A DNA stretch of 64,000 nucleotides, from contig JAANOX010000258.1 in NCBI GenBank assembly GCA_020184695.1, positions 558,001-622,000 on the forward strand, read 5' to 3'. A program made the position numbers and the translations under genes. Shown one piece after another: positions 9,854-21,800 of the stretch. The notes under the pieces were generated by a model. The model was given only the letters and a program-made list of their open reading frames with translations. It searched no databases and had not been told where the DNA came from. The stretch comes from Histomonas meleagridis 2922-C6/04-290x (taxonomy: Eukaryota; Protista; Parabasalia). The first letter of the stretch is position 1. The number at the start of each line of letters is the position of its first letter.

Positions 9854-12800
9854 TCAAAATGGATGCATCTTTTCGACAACATTACACAACTCAATAACAA
9901 TATTTGACAAGACTTCGACAGTTTTATAAACATCATCTTGTAAATATTTTGCTTCATCAAACGATGTTTTATATTTCTGTATCATATATTCGATATTTTT
10001 CCTTGATTCCTCATTTAATTGTAATGAAATCAATTGCTCTATAGATTTAATGTATGAATATGTATTTTTGCACAACGAAATTAATTTATTACATTTTTCT
10101 GTGTTTTCAGCAATTTTCTGCAAATAAATTTTTGGTTTTCCTTTATCAATTTTTTCATTTTCTACTAAAACATTATTGAATATTTCGACAATTTCATTAA
10201 CATTTAAAGCGGAATCATTTTCGTCATATTTATCGCAATAACTTTGAACTTTTTTTATTAATTCATCATCTGAAAGTGAATAAATATTTTCATATGAATC
10301 ACCGAAAATTATTAATGAAATTGATTGTAAACTTTTGATTGCATTTATTAATTTATTTTCCAAAATTTCATTTTTCTCTTTATTTTTCTCTTTTTCATTC
10401 TGAAATGTATCAATGATATCAAAAGAATTATTAATATCATTCGAACTCAAACCTTTAATTTTGATTTCAAGCGCTTCTTTTTTAGATAAAATTTCATCTT
10501 TTTCCATATTAACTTTTTGTATTTGTTTTTCATATTCGTTTTTAATTTCATTTAATTTTAATGAACATTCATTAATGAAATCATCTGTTTGAGGAATAGA
10601 AAACAAATCACAAATTTCTTTTTTATTATTTAACAAATTATTTTGTATTTTGATATAATTTGTTTTATATTTTTCGATTTTATTTTTTAATTTAGAAATT
10701 GTTTTAGTTATTATTGTTAATTGTGTACTGATTAATGTAATAATTTTATTTCTTTGTTCAGTTAAATCTTCAGATTCATTTATTTCAATTTTGTTTTGAT
10801 CAATTGATTTATTAATTTTATTACTAATTTGAACTAACGTTTTAATATATTGTTTTTCTTTGTTTTGAAATGTTTGTATTAAATTGTTTTGATTTTCCAA
10901 AATTTCTTTAATTTTCTCATGAAGAAATTCAATTAATTCATTTGCTGATTTCGTTAATAATTCTTCTTTCGATTGTTTTTGTGATATTAATAAAATCGAA
11001 TTAATAAACGCTAATTTCGATTTAGGAATTGTTTTAGTTAAATCCTTAAAATTATTATCAATTTCTGGAATTAAATCCGAAATCGAATCAATTAATGAAT
11101 GTAAAGTTTCTGTTTTAAGTGTTGAATTAATATTTGGTAATTTTTCATTAGTTTTATTATTCATTTTCGGTATTAAATAATGTCGTGGGAAATTAGACGC
11201 TGTTTTATTATTCTTTTTACTATGAATTAAATTGGTATTACTATTTTTGAATGACGTTTCATCTTCTAATAAAACAGATTTTTTATTTTTCTTCTTTTTT
11301 TGTTCAAATGAAGTCGATTGATTCATTTTCTTTTCTTCAGTTAATTTCAAATTGTCTGGAATTGATATACTTAATAAAGAATTGTTTTCTTTCTTTTGTG
11401 ATTTAATGAAATTTTTTTCTTCATTATAAATTAATTCAGTTTTCTCACTTAAATTCCATAATAATTCTTTACTTTCATCAATTTGCTTTTGTAAATCATT
11501 TATTTTTTCGTTTTTTATATTAAATTCTTGTCGAACAGATGAATGAAATGAATTTAAAAGATTTATAAATTCACTTCTTGGATCATTATATAACTTAATA
11601 TTTAAATCAGAAGAAATCGAAAGAATTTTCGATCGAAATAAGTCAAGATTACATTTTTCATTGATTATATTGATATGTTCTTTTTCTAATTTTAATTGTT
11701 CAATAAGATCATTGTTCTTTTCATTTAATTCATTAATTTCTTTTTTTAAATTTTCGATTGTCATTGCATTATCTGATAAAGCATTTTGAACAATTTTATT
11801 TTTTTGTTCCATTAATTGTTCGTTTTCTTTTGATTCATTTTTCAATTTAATTATTTCTGTTTGCTTTAATTTAATTAATTTATCTTTTTCATTTAAATTT
11901 GATTTCCATTTTTCTAATTCGTTTTTTAACTTCTTTAAATTATCTAATTCATTCACATTAATATTCGGATTAAACTCAATTTCCATAATTAGAAACATTT
12001 GTCTTATAGTTTCATGAATTTTTCGATTTATATCTTCAATATCTTCTTCTTCATTTTCAACATCTTTTTCATTATTTATATTTTCATCGTTTTCTTCATT
12101 TGTTTCATTTTCATTTGTTTTATTATCTTCTGGTTTTGTATTTGCTTTAACAACTACAAAAGGAATCGAAAGTTTACTTAATATATTATTAAGTTCGATA
12201 TTAATATTATCTTTTAAAGTAACAATTTCTTTCATATGTTTTGGGAATATAAATGCCGCTTTTAATGATTCAATGATTTCATTACAATCAGTATAAATAT
12301 TCGATTTAATTCGCTGTAAATCATAAACCATAACTCCGCTTTGAACATATTCTGTTGAAAAAGCTTCATTAATAATCTTTAAATATGCTTTAACATCTCG
12401 TTTAAATGGTTCAAATAAATTCGACTCAAAGTTACTCGAAAACATTGTAATGATATTGTTCGAAAGTGTTTTGTTTAAACATAAAATTTTTTCTACACTT
12501 TCAGTAACACTAGGAGTTGGGCATTTTTTACTTTCGTTGACTTTACGAATACTATCTAAGGATGACCTAATTGCTTTGAATTTGGCTGTGATTTGTTTGG
12601 CATGTGGTGGAGGGCGAAGTGATGACATTTCATCAACAACTGTTTTAAAATTATTCCAGCTATTTTTAAAGTTTTGTAAGGGAATGCGAACAGCTGCTGA
12701 ACTAAGAATTTGAGTAGCTTTGGATTTAATGGCATAATAATTTTGAAAATATTTCACACCTGCATTATGTAAAATAGGATACGTTTCTTTAACGGAGTAA

Positions 12801-13096
12801 AGAGCTGGTTCTAATTGATTTACAATATCGGGTGTCGTGTCATTTTCACGAATTACATCATCTGTCATTTGATATAATATTCGAAGAGAATCACGTATGG
12901 AAGTTAATAAACCTATTTCCGGAATGGAAAATGTTTTGAGGTCAATTTGATCATAAACATTTCTTTGTGTTTCTTGATGTGTCATTGAATGCCTCATTCG
13001 ACTAATAACATCTTTCCTGACTTGCCTGGATGAATCTGCTGTTTGAGGCTTCGAAGAAATTGCTGGACGGATAACAAGAGCTGGATTTGTGGACAA
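9854..13096 (-). CDS. Large coiled-coil hypothetical protein
   Basis: 1080-codon ORF with K/E/N/L heptad-rich composition; apparent start is TTG after TCAAAAA; first ATG lies about 33 codons in. Confidence 0.8.
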   Translation of the reverse strand: MSTNPALVIRPAISSKPQTADSSRQVRKDVISRMRHSMTHQETQRNVYDQIDLKTFSIPEIGLLTSIRDSLRILYQMTDDVIRENDTTPDIVNQLEPALYSVKETYPILHNAGVKYFQNYYAIKSKATQILSSAAVRIPLQNFKNSWNNFKTVVDEMSSLRPPPHAKQITAKFKAIRSSLDSIRKVNESKKCPTPSVTESVEKILCLNKTLSNNIITMFSSNFESNLFEPFKRDVKAYLKIINEAFSTEYVQSGVMVYDLQRIKSNIYTDCNEIIESLKAAFIFPKHMKEIVTLKDNINIELNNILSKLSIPFVVVKANTKPEDNKTNENETNEENDENINNEKDVENEEEDIEDINRKIHETIRQMFLIMEIEFNPNINVNELDNLKKLKNELEKWKSNLNEKDKLIKLKQTEIIKLKNESKENEQLMEQKNKIVQNALSDNAMTIENLKKEINELNEKNNDLIEQLKLEKEHINIINEKCNLDLFRSKILSISSDLNIKLYNDPRSEFINLLNSFHSSVRQEFNIKNEKINDLQKQIDESKELLWNLSEKTELIYNEEKNFIKSQKKENNSLLSISIPDNLKLTEEKKMNQSTSFEQKKKKNKKSVLLEDETSFKNSNTNLIHSKKNNKTASNFPRHYLIPKMNNKTNEKLPNINSTLKTETLHSLIDSISDLIPEIDNNFKDLTKTIPKSKLAFINSILLISQKQSKEELLTKSANELIEFLHEKIKEILENQNNLIQTFQNKEKQYIKTLVQISNKINKSIDQNKIEINESEDLTEQRNKIITLISTQLTIITKTISKLKNKIEKYKTNYIKIQNNLLNNKKEICDLFSIPQTDDFINECSLKLNEIKNEYEKQIQKVNMEKDEILSKKEALEIKIKGLSSNDINNSFDIIDTFQNEKEKNKEKNEILENKLINAIKSLQSISLIIFGDSYENIYSLSDDELIKKVQSYCDKYDENDSALNVNEIVEIFNNVLVENEKIDKGKPKIYLQKIAENTEKCNKLISLCKNTYSYIKSIEQLISLQLNEESRKNIEYMIQKYKTSFDEAKYLQDDVYKTVEVLSNIVIELCNVVEKMHPF

Positions 13097-13296
13097 TTTT
13101 TGATCTTGAAAAATACGTTATTTACACGCACCTTTAAAAAAAGATGATTTCTAACTAAGGTTAACCTTATAATTATTTTCATTAGATATCTATCCGTCGA
13201 AGATGTGAATGTATGTTTGATACAATGAAAGAATTTTTTTTAATTTTTTATCAAAATCAGATTTATTATAATATATATTATTTAAACTCAAAAGCA

Positions 13297-13698
13297 TTAA
13301 TTTTCTTTGATCGCAGGCTGGGAAAATTGCTTTGTATTTCCAATTGCCCAAAGGAAATAGAATTCCTTTGGCAAATCAAAAGGAACGTTTATGCAAGTAG
13401 GACAAATCCTACTTGTATTTGAAGAGATTTCTTTTTTATTTGGAGTTGAATTTGACTTTGGTGGATTTATCTGTTTATTTTTTGGTTTTTGAACTTTTTG
13501 TCTACCATTATGTTGAACTTCATCCTGTTGTTCAGGCCCTTCTGCTTCTTCCTCCTCTTCCTCTTCTTCTTCCTCTTCATAAATATTTTTTACATCTTGA
13601 GATGAATTTAAAAATTCGCTTCTCCCATCACTATCGTATTCTTCTGTTGAGGTTGGTTGTGTATTTTGTCTTTCTTCTTCTTCAGATTGGGTTTCCAT
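13297..13698 (-). CDS. Small acidic hypothetical protein (poly-Glu tract)
   Basis: ATG start, 133 aa, divergent from the Rpp21 gene across 89 bp. Confidence 0.6.
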   Translation of the reverse strand: METQSEEEERQNTQPTSTEEYDSDGRSEFLNSSQDVKNIYEEEEEEEEEEEAEGPEQQDEVQHNGRQKVQKPKNKQINPPKSNSTPNKKEISSNTSRICPTCINVPFDLPKEFYFLWAIGNTKQFSQPAIKEN

Positions 13699-13787
13699 GT
13701 TGATTCTTCTTCTTTGTTAAATTATATTCAATTAATTCTATGAGTTTTATCATTTCAAGCATTCGAACAAACTTTGTGAAATAAAAG

Positions 13788-14195
13788 ATGAGCAAGCCAA
13801 ACATAAAGGCACCACAAAAGCTTCAACAAAGAAATATTTATGAAAGAATTAATTTTCTGTCAGAGATTTCAAAGGTAGCTGCGTTGGATGAGGAATTGAT
13901 TTGCCTTTCACAATACCTTGGAACAGAAATGGATTTAACAGCAAAAAAATCAAAAATTAGACTCAGCCCAAAAAGGATGTTTTGTAAGAAATGCAAGTCA
14001 CCATTGATCCCACCAACCACTGCAGACATTTCTTATCATTCAGATTCTATTATTGTGAAATGCAAACTTTGCAATTACCGATATTGTTTCCACCAAAAAG
14101 AAAAAGAAATAACATCAGAAAACAAACATTGGACTTTTCAACAAGAATTGCAAAATGAAAAATTGGTTTTGCTGAGCTCATCAAACAACGATTAG
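13788..14195 (+). CDS. RPP21: RNase P protein subunit Rpr2/Rpp21 family
   Basis: ERINFL...S, KR.FCKKC..PLIP, and a second C..C zinc pair (CKLC). Confidence 0.8.
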   Translation: MSKPNIKAPQKLQQRNIYERINFLSEISKVAALDEELICLSQYLGTEMDLTAKKSKIRLSPKRMFCKKCKSPLIPPTTADISYHSDSIIVKCKLCNYRYCFHQKEKEITSENKHWTFQQELQNEKLVLLSSSNND

Positions 14196-14287
14196 ATATA
14201 TTTAAAAAGTGGAAATAACCACTTTGTTCTGAAAAAAAGAATGGTTTACATAATCTGTTATTAAATTGTATTAATAGAGTATTTTCT

Positions 14288-15223
14288 TTATTTGGATTTT
14301 TTGAAAAAGGGGTGTTGTAATGCTTGTTCTGCCGAAATTCTCTTTTTAATGTTCAAATTTAGCAGCTTGTGCATTAAATCAATTAAATCTGGATCTTGCA
14401 AATGTTTCAACTGTGGAGAAAAACATGATTCTATCTGCTTATCTGGCTCTTGAACCCAATCTTCTTCCATCTCAGGGGTAATAACTAGATTCAGTTTATG
14501 TGCAATTTCCATGAAATTCCTTCCACCGAAGTAGTGTGTCATTTCTTTGAGTGCTAGAACTGTTGTTCTTGCCTTCCAAGGAATGTTTCCGTTTGAGAGC
14601 AGATAAATAATGAATATACCAACAGCCCAAGTATCGCAGCCTGTACCATAATCACGATACCCCATAAGCATTTCAGGTGACCTACACTGTCTAGAACCTG
14701 CTTTTGAAGACATATCGTTGGAGACATGAATTCCACAACCCCAATCAAGTAATTTGACATCTTTGAAATGGGGTGAAATATTGATATTACCAATTTTAAC
14801 ATCTCTGTGAACAATGCCAAGTGCATGTGCTGCAGCAAGACCTTCAAGAACGGAGCTGAGAAGGAATCTTAGCCGATTCAAACTTAAGTGTGCGAAAATT
14901 TGGCTTTGGTCGATGCTTTGGAGGTACTCAAAAACAAGAAGTGTTTGCTCCTGTTCAATGACTTCATACAATTGAACAATATGAGGAGCACCTTTTAGTT
15001 CCTGGAGAAGTTGTATTTCGTTTTTAATTAGTCGCTCGCTTCCTCTTTCAACAATTTTTACTGCTGCAAGATGCTCTTTTTTATAAAGAGCTTTATATAC
15101 ATGAGAAAAATGTCCTTGACCAACACACTCACCAAAATCTAGATATGGAATCATTGGGAGATGATCATATACTTTGCGTTCACCACCTGCAGGAATCCTT
15201 TTTCTTTTCCTTCCTATCTCCAT
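14288..15223 (-). CDS. CMGC kinase, casein kinase 2 alpha-like
   Basis: GQGHFSHV, AVK, HRDVK, DWG (CK2-type), SPEMLMGY..Y; first ATG (MEIGRKRKR) at 15223. Confidence 0.85.
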   Translation of the reverse strand: MEIGRKRKRIPAGGERKVYDHLPMIPYLDFGECVGQGHFSHVYKALYKKEHLAAVKIVERGSERLIKNEIQLLQELKGAPHIVQLYEVIEQEQTLLVFEYLQSIDQSQIFAHLSLNRLRFLLSSVLEGLAAAHALGIVHRDVKIGNINISPHFKDVKLLDWGCGIHVSNDMSSKAGSRQCRSPEMLMGYRDYGTGCDTWAVGIFIIYLLSNGNIPWKARTTVLALKEMTHYFGGRNFMEIAHKLNLVITPEMEEDWVQEPDKQIESCFSPQLKHLQDPDLIDLMHKLLNLNIKKRISAEQALQHPFFKKSK

Positions 15224-15556
15224 TTTATTTGTTTTTGGTGGGAATGTATTCAAAAACTCATAGGTTTGTTCGGTTTTTCAACAGAAATTGTAACGGCTGC
15301 ATGAGGTTTGAAGCGGAAAAGTCACAAACGGTTATGGAAAATGTATTCAATTTTAAACGTTTTTTTTATGAGAAAAGAGGTGAAAAACTGACGCTTTAAA
15401 CAAAAAATTCAAATTTCTCAGCATATGTTCCATAAAATTCTAAATATTTATAAACATAAGAATATACATTGTAAGTTAATTCTAAATGTTATGTATCATA
15501 GAAATGTATACGTGTTTTTTAAAAAAAAAAATTGATCATTTTTGTTCCTTTATTGG

Positions 15557-15570
15557 CGCAGGCGCCTGCG
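15557..15570. promoter_or_regulatory. Perfect 14-bp GC-rich palindrome CGCAGGCGCCTGCG
   Basis: Read directly; isolated in very AT-rich intergenic DNA about 330 bp upstream of the CK2-like gene. Confidence 0.3.
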
Positions 15571-15940
15571 ATATAATAATAATCCACGATATAATTGATT
15601 CAATTAATTTTAAATTTAAGAAGTAAATCATAACAACCAGCTCACCTCATGTTTTTTATTATGTTTTTTTTTTTATTAATTACAAAGTTTTTTTCTCCTT
15701 ATTTCTTTTTACCTCTCTTTTTCTTTTGTTTTTTTCCCCTCCCCCTAATTTTCCTTTTTTAATTTTTTTTTCAAATGATTAATCTAATAACATATTTACT
15801 TCATAAATTTAATATTAATTGAATCAATTATATCGTGTATTTGAAATTGATAATTTACTTTTTCTACAAATATCTATAGTTATCATATAAAAATATTAAA
15901 TAAAAATTATAATATAGAATTTATACTTATTATAATTATT

Positions 15941-16127
15941 AGTAAATATGGAAATAAAATGTGCTCATTGATATCATATTCAGTTTCTCAATATGATTAT
16001 ATCCAATTGAAGTAACTGATTTCGGTATCATAATATTTTCTAATAAAATACAATTTTTAAATACTCCATTACCAATTGTTTTAACATTATTTCCAAGAAT
16101 AACAGACTCTAAACTTGTTGAAATTTT
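15941..16127 (-). pseudogene. BspA-type LRR fragment
   Basis: TSLESVILGNNVKTIGNGVFKNCILLENIMIPKSVTSIG bounded by stops, with no start context. Confidence 0.7.
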
Positions 16128-16535
16128 TTAATATACATAACAAAGGAAAAAAAATTGAATCATTAATTTTCGATCCCGATAATGGAATCAATTCTCCGAA
16201 CATTGCTAAAATATAGAAATTTAAGAAAGTATGGTATATAGAATTTGTTCATGTATATTAAAAAAAAAATATATTTAAAAAATAAAATTATTTTAACTTT
16301 AAGGTATAGTAAAAATCTTCAATAATAGAAAAACACCATTTACAGATTTTGGCTAAAAATTGATAAATTTCATATTTTTTATCAAACATATGATTATGAA
16401 TATTTTTCTTTTCAAATATTGAATGTCAACCAATTGGAAATTTGAATTTTAATTATAAAAACAATTTCTACTTTGAATTTATGTTAATTCCAAAACAGTT
16501 TTTCATCATAAAAAAAATATTTTTTTACTTAGTTT

Positions 16536-18497
16536 TTACACACCAAAATCGAAACTCTGATCCAACAACGTCACTGTCATTGAGTGTGCCACACCCGGCT
16601 CCACTTTTATCAGTGTATATAACACCAAAACGTAAATTAACAAAGTGAACCAATAGTCGACCGCCGACAATTGGTATCCTATTCCCGTTGCCTCAGACGC
16701 CGGCAAAAAGTAAAATATATACATCAAAGCTATACCCAGCGCCACAGCTATTCCCATTTCTATCAACGACACCAATCTATTCATACCCACACCAATCGAA
16801 GCCATCACAATAACCATCGGAATAATCACAGCGATGAAAAACACTAAAACATAATACGGGGAATAATCGTCGTTGATTATTTTCCCTCCGACAATCGTGC
16901 CGAAGGTCCAATACATCGTAACCTTTCCCTCGCAATCGGTGAAAAACAATGGCAAAAAGATATGATACATAACAATTACAAATATTATAATGCGTTGGAT
17001 TATTGGTATTCCTAAAAACATTGACCGCAGTCCTAAGCCGCTGATTGCAATGATCCAATACTTAGGTAAAACTAATGTCTCTTTAGCTATGACCCAGACT
17101 CGATATCGGATATTAAACGAGTTAAAGATTTTGTCAACTGGAAATGTAACATATATCAAAAACGCCCATAAGATGCCAAGACCTAACTTCATGATGTCGA
17201 TTAGATTTCGTTTGTTATCAATGTTGACTTCAATGTTTGTGATCATTCCTTTGTATTGGAACTCAATTTCATATTCGAAGTCTCCCGTAAATTTTAAATA
17301 ATGTTTGCCTTCGGTTAATTCATTTAATGGATATCGGTATAAAAACATTCCTGGCTTAATGGAATGGACGTCTTCTATGTCGGCAGTGATATCGCCAGTG
17401 ATTGAGATGTTAATTGGCGAATCGCCAAATGAGATAATTCGTATTGTAGATTGATCTTCATCAAACCCACTGACACTAGATGTTTGATCATATGGGATAG
17501 GATATGTTAGAAGTGCTGTTGGTGGGTTATTCGGATTAATGTTATGATAAAAGATTCGATCATTATCAACAGTAACTAAGCCATAAGTACCACGTTGCTT
17601 AACATCACAGCCAATATAATCAATGTACGAGTTTTGGTGCTCATACTTGGGTGTGGACGGATGATGGTGTCCGGAAAAGAAACCGATAATACGATCGTCG
17701 TCAATTATTTCTTTAAACGTCTTCGATGAACTTGATTTACTATCACCAAGATAACTATCGATAGGATGATGTCCTGCAAGAATTATCTTTTTGGTGGTAC
17801 TACAATTATCAAGAACTGCTTCAAGACGATCAAGAAATTGAACAGATGGATTAATCCAAAATGATAATGAGGTATGACACGTAGGGAAATTAACACCATT
17901 CAAGAAAATAAAGGTAAGGTCTTGGGTTTCATACTTGGAAACCATAAATTCTTCATATGAATTAAATTTGTTTTGATATGGAAAATATTTACGATAGTTT
18001 AGATTGTCGGAATCATAGCTATATAAATGAAAGAGATCATGATTACCAGTTGTACCAAAAACATATGTAAAATTTGGGAAAAAATCTTGAATTAATTCTT
18101 GGTATTTTTGATGTTCTTGAGGAAGTTGCGTACCAAAGCGAGGGCGCTTAATTCTGGTCCAATCATCAACACCATCTCCTGTATGTAAAAATGCATCTGG
18201 ATGAAAAAGAGAACTTGATGATATTGCTTTTCGTAAATTCTTTTCATATTGCTCATTGAGAGAGTTAATGTGTGTATCTGTGACATGTACAAAAATAAAT
18301 GGTATTGAACTTCTTTTCCATCCGGAAGATACACTTGAAATTGGCCCAGAAATGTTTTTTTGATAATAAGTTAATGTTAGAGGAATAAAAATGACGGCAA
18401 AAATTATAACCCAAATAAACTGGGAAGCAATGAGCTTGCCAATCATTAAAGTCAAATTGAATTGAATCTTCTCATACAAATATTTGAAAGAAACCAT
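16536..18497 (-). CDS. Calcineurin-like metallophosphoesterase with C-terminal TM domain (TMEM62-like)
   Basis: DTH, GDGVD, GNHD, HHP, GHHH metal motifs; N-terminal anchor plus C-terminal TM helices. Confidence 0.85.
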   Translation of the reverse strand: MVSFKYLYEKIQFNLTLMIGKLIASQFIWVIIFAVIFIPLTLTYYQKNISGPISSVSSGWKRSSIPFIFVHVTDTHINSLNEQYEKNLRKAISSSSLFHPDAFLHTGDGVDDWTRIKRPRFGTQLPQEHQKYQELIQDFFPNFTYVFGTTGNHDLFHLYSYDSDNLNYRKYFPYQNKFNSYEEFMVSKYETQDLTFIFLNGVNFPTCHTSLSFWINPSVQFLDRLEAVLDNCSTTKKIILAGHHPIDSYLGDSKSSSSKTFKEIIDDDRIIGFFSGHHHPSTPKYEHQNSYIDYIGCDVKQRGTYGLVTVDNDRIFYHNINPNNPPTALLTYPIPYDQTSSVSGFDEDQSTIRIISFGDSPINISITGDITADIEDVHSIKPGMFLYRYPLNELTEGKHYLKFTGDFEYEIEFQYKGMITNIEVNIDNKRNLIDIMKLGLGILWAFLIYVTFPVDKIFNSFNIRYRVWVIAKETLVLPKYWIIAISGLGLRSMFLGIPIIQRIIIFVIVMYHIFLPLFFTDCEGKVTMYWTFGTIVGGKIINDDYSPYYVLVFFIAVIIPMVIVMASIGVGMNRLVSLIEMGIAVALGIALMYIFYFLPASEATGIGYQLSAVDYWFTLLIYVLVLYTLIKVEPGVAHSMTVTLLDQSFDFGV

Positions 18498-18872
18498 CGA
18501 TTAAAAATCATTCAATAGTGGTTTAAAATCCACAAATCGATTTATACTTCCATAATTATATATTTTTAGATGTACTAAAGAGGACATTTAGTAAAATTGG
18601 TAATATTTTTGAATCCAACTAATTTAATATGTGATGATCTAACTTTTACATTACAAACAAATTATAATTTTTAAAATGAAAATAAACCAAAGCATATCAC
18701 TATATCAACTCTGATGATTATTACTGTGAATAATTGTATAGAAAAGAAGATATTATCAGTTGCTTTTTGGATGAGGTTATTATTTACGACAAAAGTGACT
18801 CTTAAGGTAAATTTTTATCGTTGTCGGCACTCTGACAGTTTTAACGGTACGAGAATCCTTCAGTTACAACTG

Positions 18873-21800
18873 ATGTCTTTCTACATAATATTTGTTGTTT
18901 TATCTATCAGTCAAATCACAGTAAATGTAAACGACATCACAAACAGTTCTGGTGACTCATTAGAAGCAATAGTTAATATAACTGTAACAAATTTTTCAAA
19001 TGTAAATTCTTTAAAATTTTATGAAGGAACAATTACACAAGCAGATATTCAAAACTTTTCAGTAAGATATTATAATTGTCATGATTTTATTGTATATTCA
19101 GATGTAAATTTTGAAAATGATCGAATTCCGGATTATTCCTTTTATTCACATACAGAGCTTAAATGCCTTATCATAGAATCACCTAATATCATTATAGGTG
19201 AAAAGGCATTTAGTCAGTGCAAAAATCTGAATTTTTTTTCAATTCCAAATTGTATTGAAATAGGATTTGAATCACTAAGTGGAACTGGTAGTGATGAGTC
19301 ATTACTTTCTTATGAATTTTTAAACTGTCAAATCATCAAAAACTCAGCATTTAAAAATTCAGTTTTATCTAATGTCACCATTTGCAATATCAAAACGATT
19401 CCCAGTGATGCATTTTCAGGCTGTGACATCAAAGAAGTCAAATTACCCGATACAGAATTTCTTGATGATTATTCGTTTTCATATTGTTCCATATACAATG
19501 CAGTTTTTCCCTCTGTTAACAACTTCACTTCAACCACGTTCATAGGCTGTACCATTGCCAAACTAAATCTCTCGATCATGACAACAATTCCCGATTATCT
19601 CATTCAACAAATCAAAACTTATATTCAAGAAATCGATTGTTTATCACTCCAAAGTACCACTCCGGGCATGTTTAAGAACTTTTTACGTCTGGAGTACATT
19701 CAAATTCCGGAAGTCACAAACGTCTCAGAGAGCTGCTTTTCGTGTTGTGTCAAACTTAAATCAATTGACTTGCCCAACGCTCAATATATCTCGCAACATG
19801 CGTTTGAATATTGCTCATCATTAATCCATGTCAACTTATCCAATGCCGAAATCATTGGCTCCTATGGATTTCGCGCCTGTGTTTCCTTGGAAGAAGTCGA
19901 GTTTCCAAAAGTCAAACAAATATTTTTCCGCGCATTTGAAGATTCTTTCTTCTTACAAAGAGTATCATTACCAAGTCTCCAAATAGCCGGCAATTACTTA
20001 TTCCAAGGCTGCAGGAAGCTTACTACATTAAAATTCCAATCATTAGAATCTTGTAATAGTTCAATGTTATATGGAATCGGAAGTGATACTTCTGATGTCG
20101 AGTTTGCAAAGCTTACAGAAATTCCAGAGTATTTCTTACGCTATATATACTCGTTAAAAAAAGCTAATTTCTCATCAGCTAAATTTGTTTCATTTGAAGC
20201 TTTTTACAATTGTCGTTCATTAGAAACATTAATATTACCAAAGGTAGAAGAAATTGAATCATATGCATTCTTTAATTGTCAAAAATTAACGATATTAGAA
20301 TTAAATTATCTGAAAAAATGTTCAAATTTTGTATTCGCATATTGCTTGAACTTGTCAGTAGTAAATTTTCCTGAATGCATTTCCATTGGTACACAAGTAT
20401 TTATTTATTGCCCCATCAAAAAAATGGAAATGCCTAAGCTTCAATCTGCCCAATCAGGATTTCTAGAGGGTATTTATTTAAGTTTTGAATTTCCTAGTTT
20501 AAAAAGCGTTAAGGACTATGCATTTTATAATTCGTCTGAAACAACTTATGTCAAACTTGAAAACCTTGAATATGCTGGAGATTATATGCTAAGTTATTGT
20601 GAGTATTTAATTGGAATTGAATTACCCAAAATCAAAGAAATTGGTAAAATGTCATTTTATAAATGTAGTAGATTATTAAATGTTGAACTCCCATCACTAG
20701 CGAAAGTAGGTCATGGAAGCTTTTGTAATGGTGGCTTAAACACGACCAAATTACCAAACGTAATATATCTGACAAATTGCACTTTTAATAATTGTCAGTT
20801 ATTACAAACGGTCGAATTACCTAATTGTCAATTTATACAAGGCGATTGTTTTTCAAGTTGTACCACATTATCTTCGATAACATTACCGAAAATCCATGAT
20901 ATTACAAAAGGGATGTTTAATGATTGTACTAATTTATATGATATTCATATACCAAAATGCACATGCATATTAGAAGGTTCACTAGTGAATTGCATACGTT
21001 TACAAATAATTGACTGCCCACCATTGAAATTGTTGGCAACTCAATTGGTGTATTGTAAAGCTTTGAAAAGCATAAAATTTGACTACTTGAAATACGTTTT
21101 GCGTGGACCGTTTATGGATCATAACGGATTGGAAGAGGTTTCCTTCGAATGTGCAACTCATGTAGATGATTACGCTTTTAAGAACTGCGTTTCTTTACAA
21201 AAGGCTTATCTACCAGCTGTTAAGTATGTTGGAAATCAAGCATTTTATGGTTGTACTTCTTTAATAGATTTAACAATAGGATCAAATGTTGAAACTATTA
21301 AAGAAAAAGCTTTCGCGTATTGCAGCTCGTTACAGAAGGTGGCATTAAGAGCTTTTCAATTCCTTAATGAGGCAAAAGGTCTATTTATGAATTGTTCAAA
21401 TCTTAAAACTATTATAATGCCTAAGTTATCATACGTTACGCCAAGCTTTTTAGATATCTTCGAAAATTGTACAAGTTTAACACGTATTGACTTGCCATCT
21501 ACTGAGCCAAATGAATTTAATGATTCTGCTTTTAACTCAACAGGCATACCAAGGATAGTGAAAAACGGTGTCGAGGCAATCCCAATTAACTTGTGCTTAC
21601 CATATAAAGTTGATTATAAAAATTATGGAGATGACGTATGGAAAGGAATCTTCGGAAATCCTCCTGACAATTACTTCGAAATATGTCTTGAGTCACAAGA
21701 CGAACAGATTTCTACGACAAAGCAAGTTATATTGTATTCTTTAATCGCATTAGCAGTTATAGTTGTCATTGTAATCGGAGTTATAGTAGCGTTAAAGATA

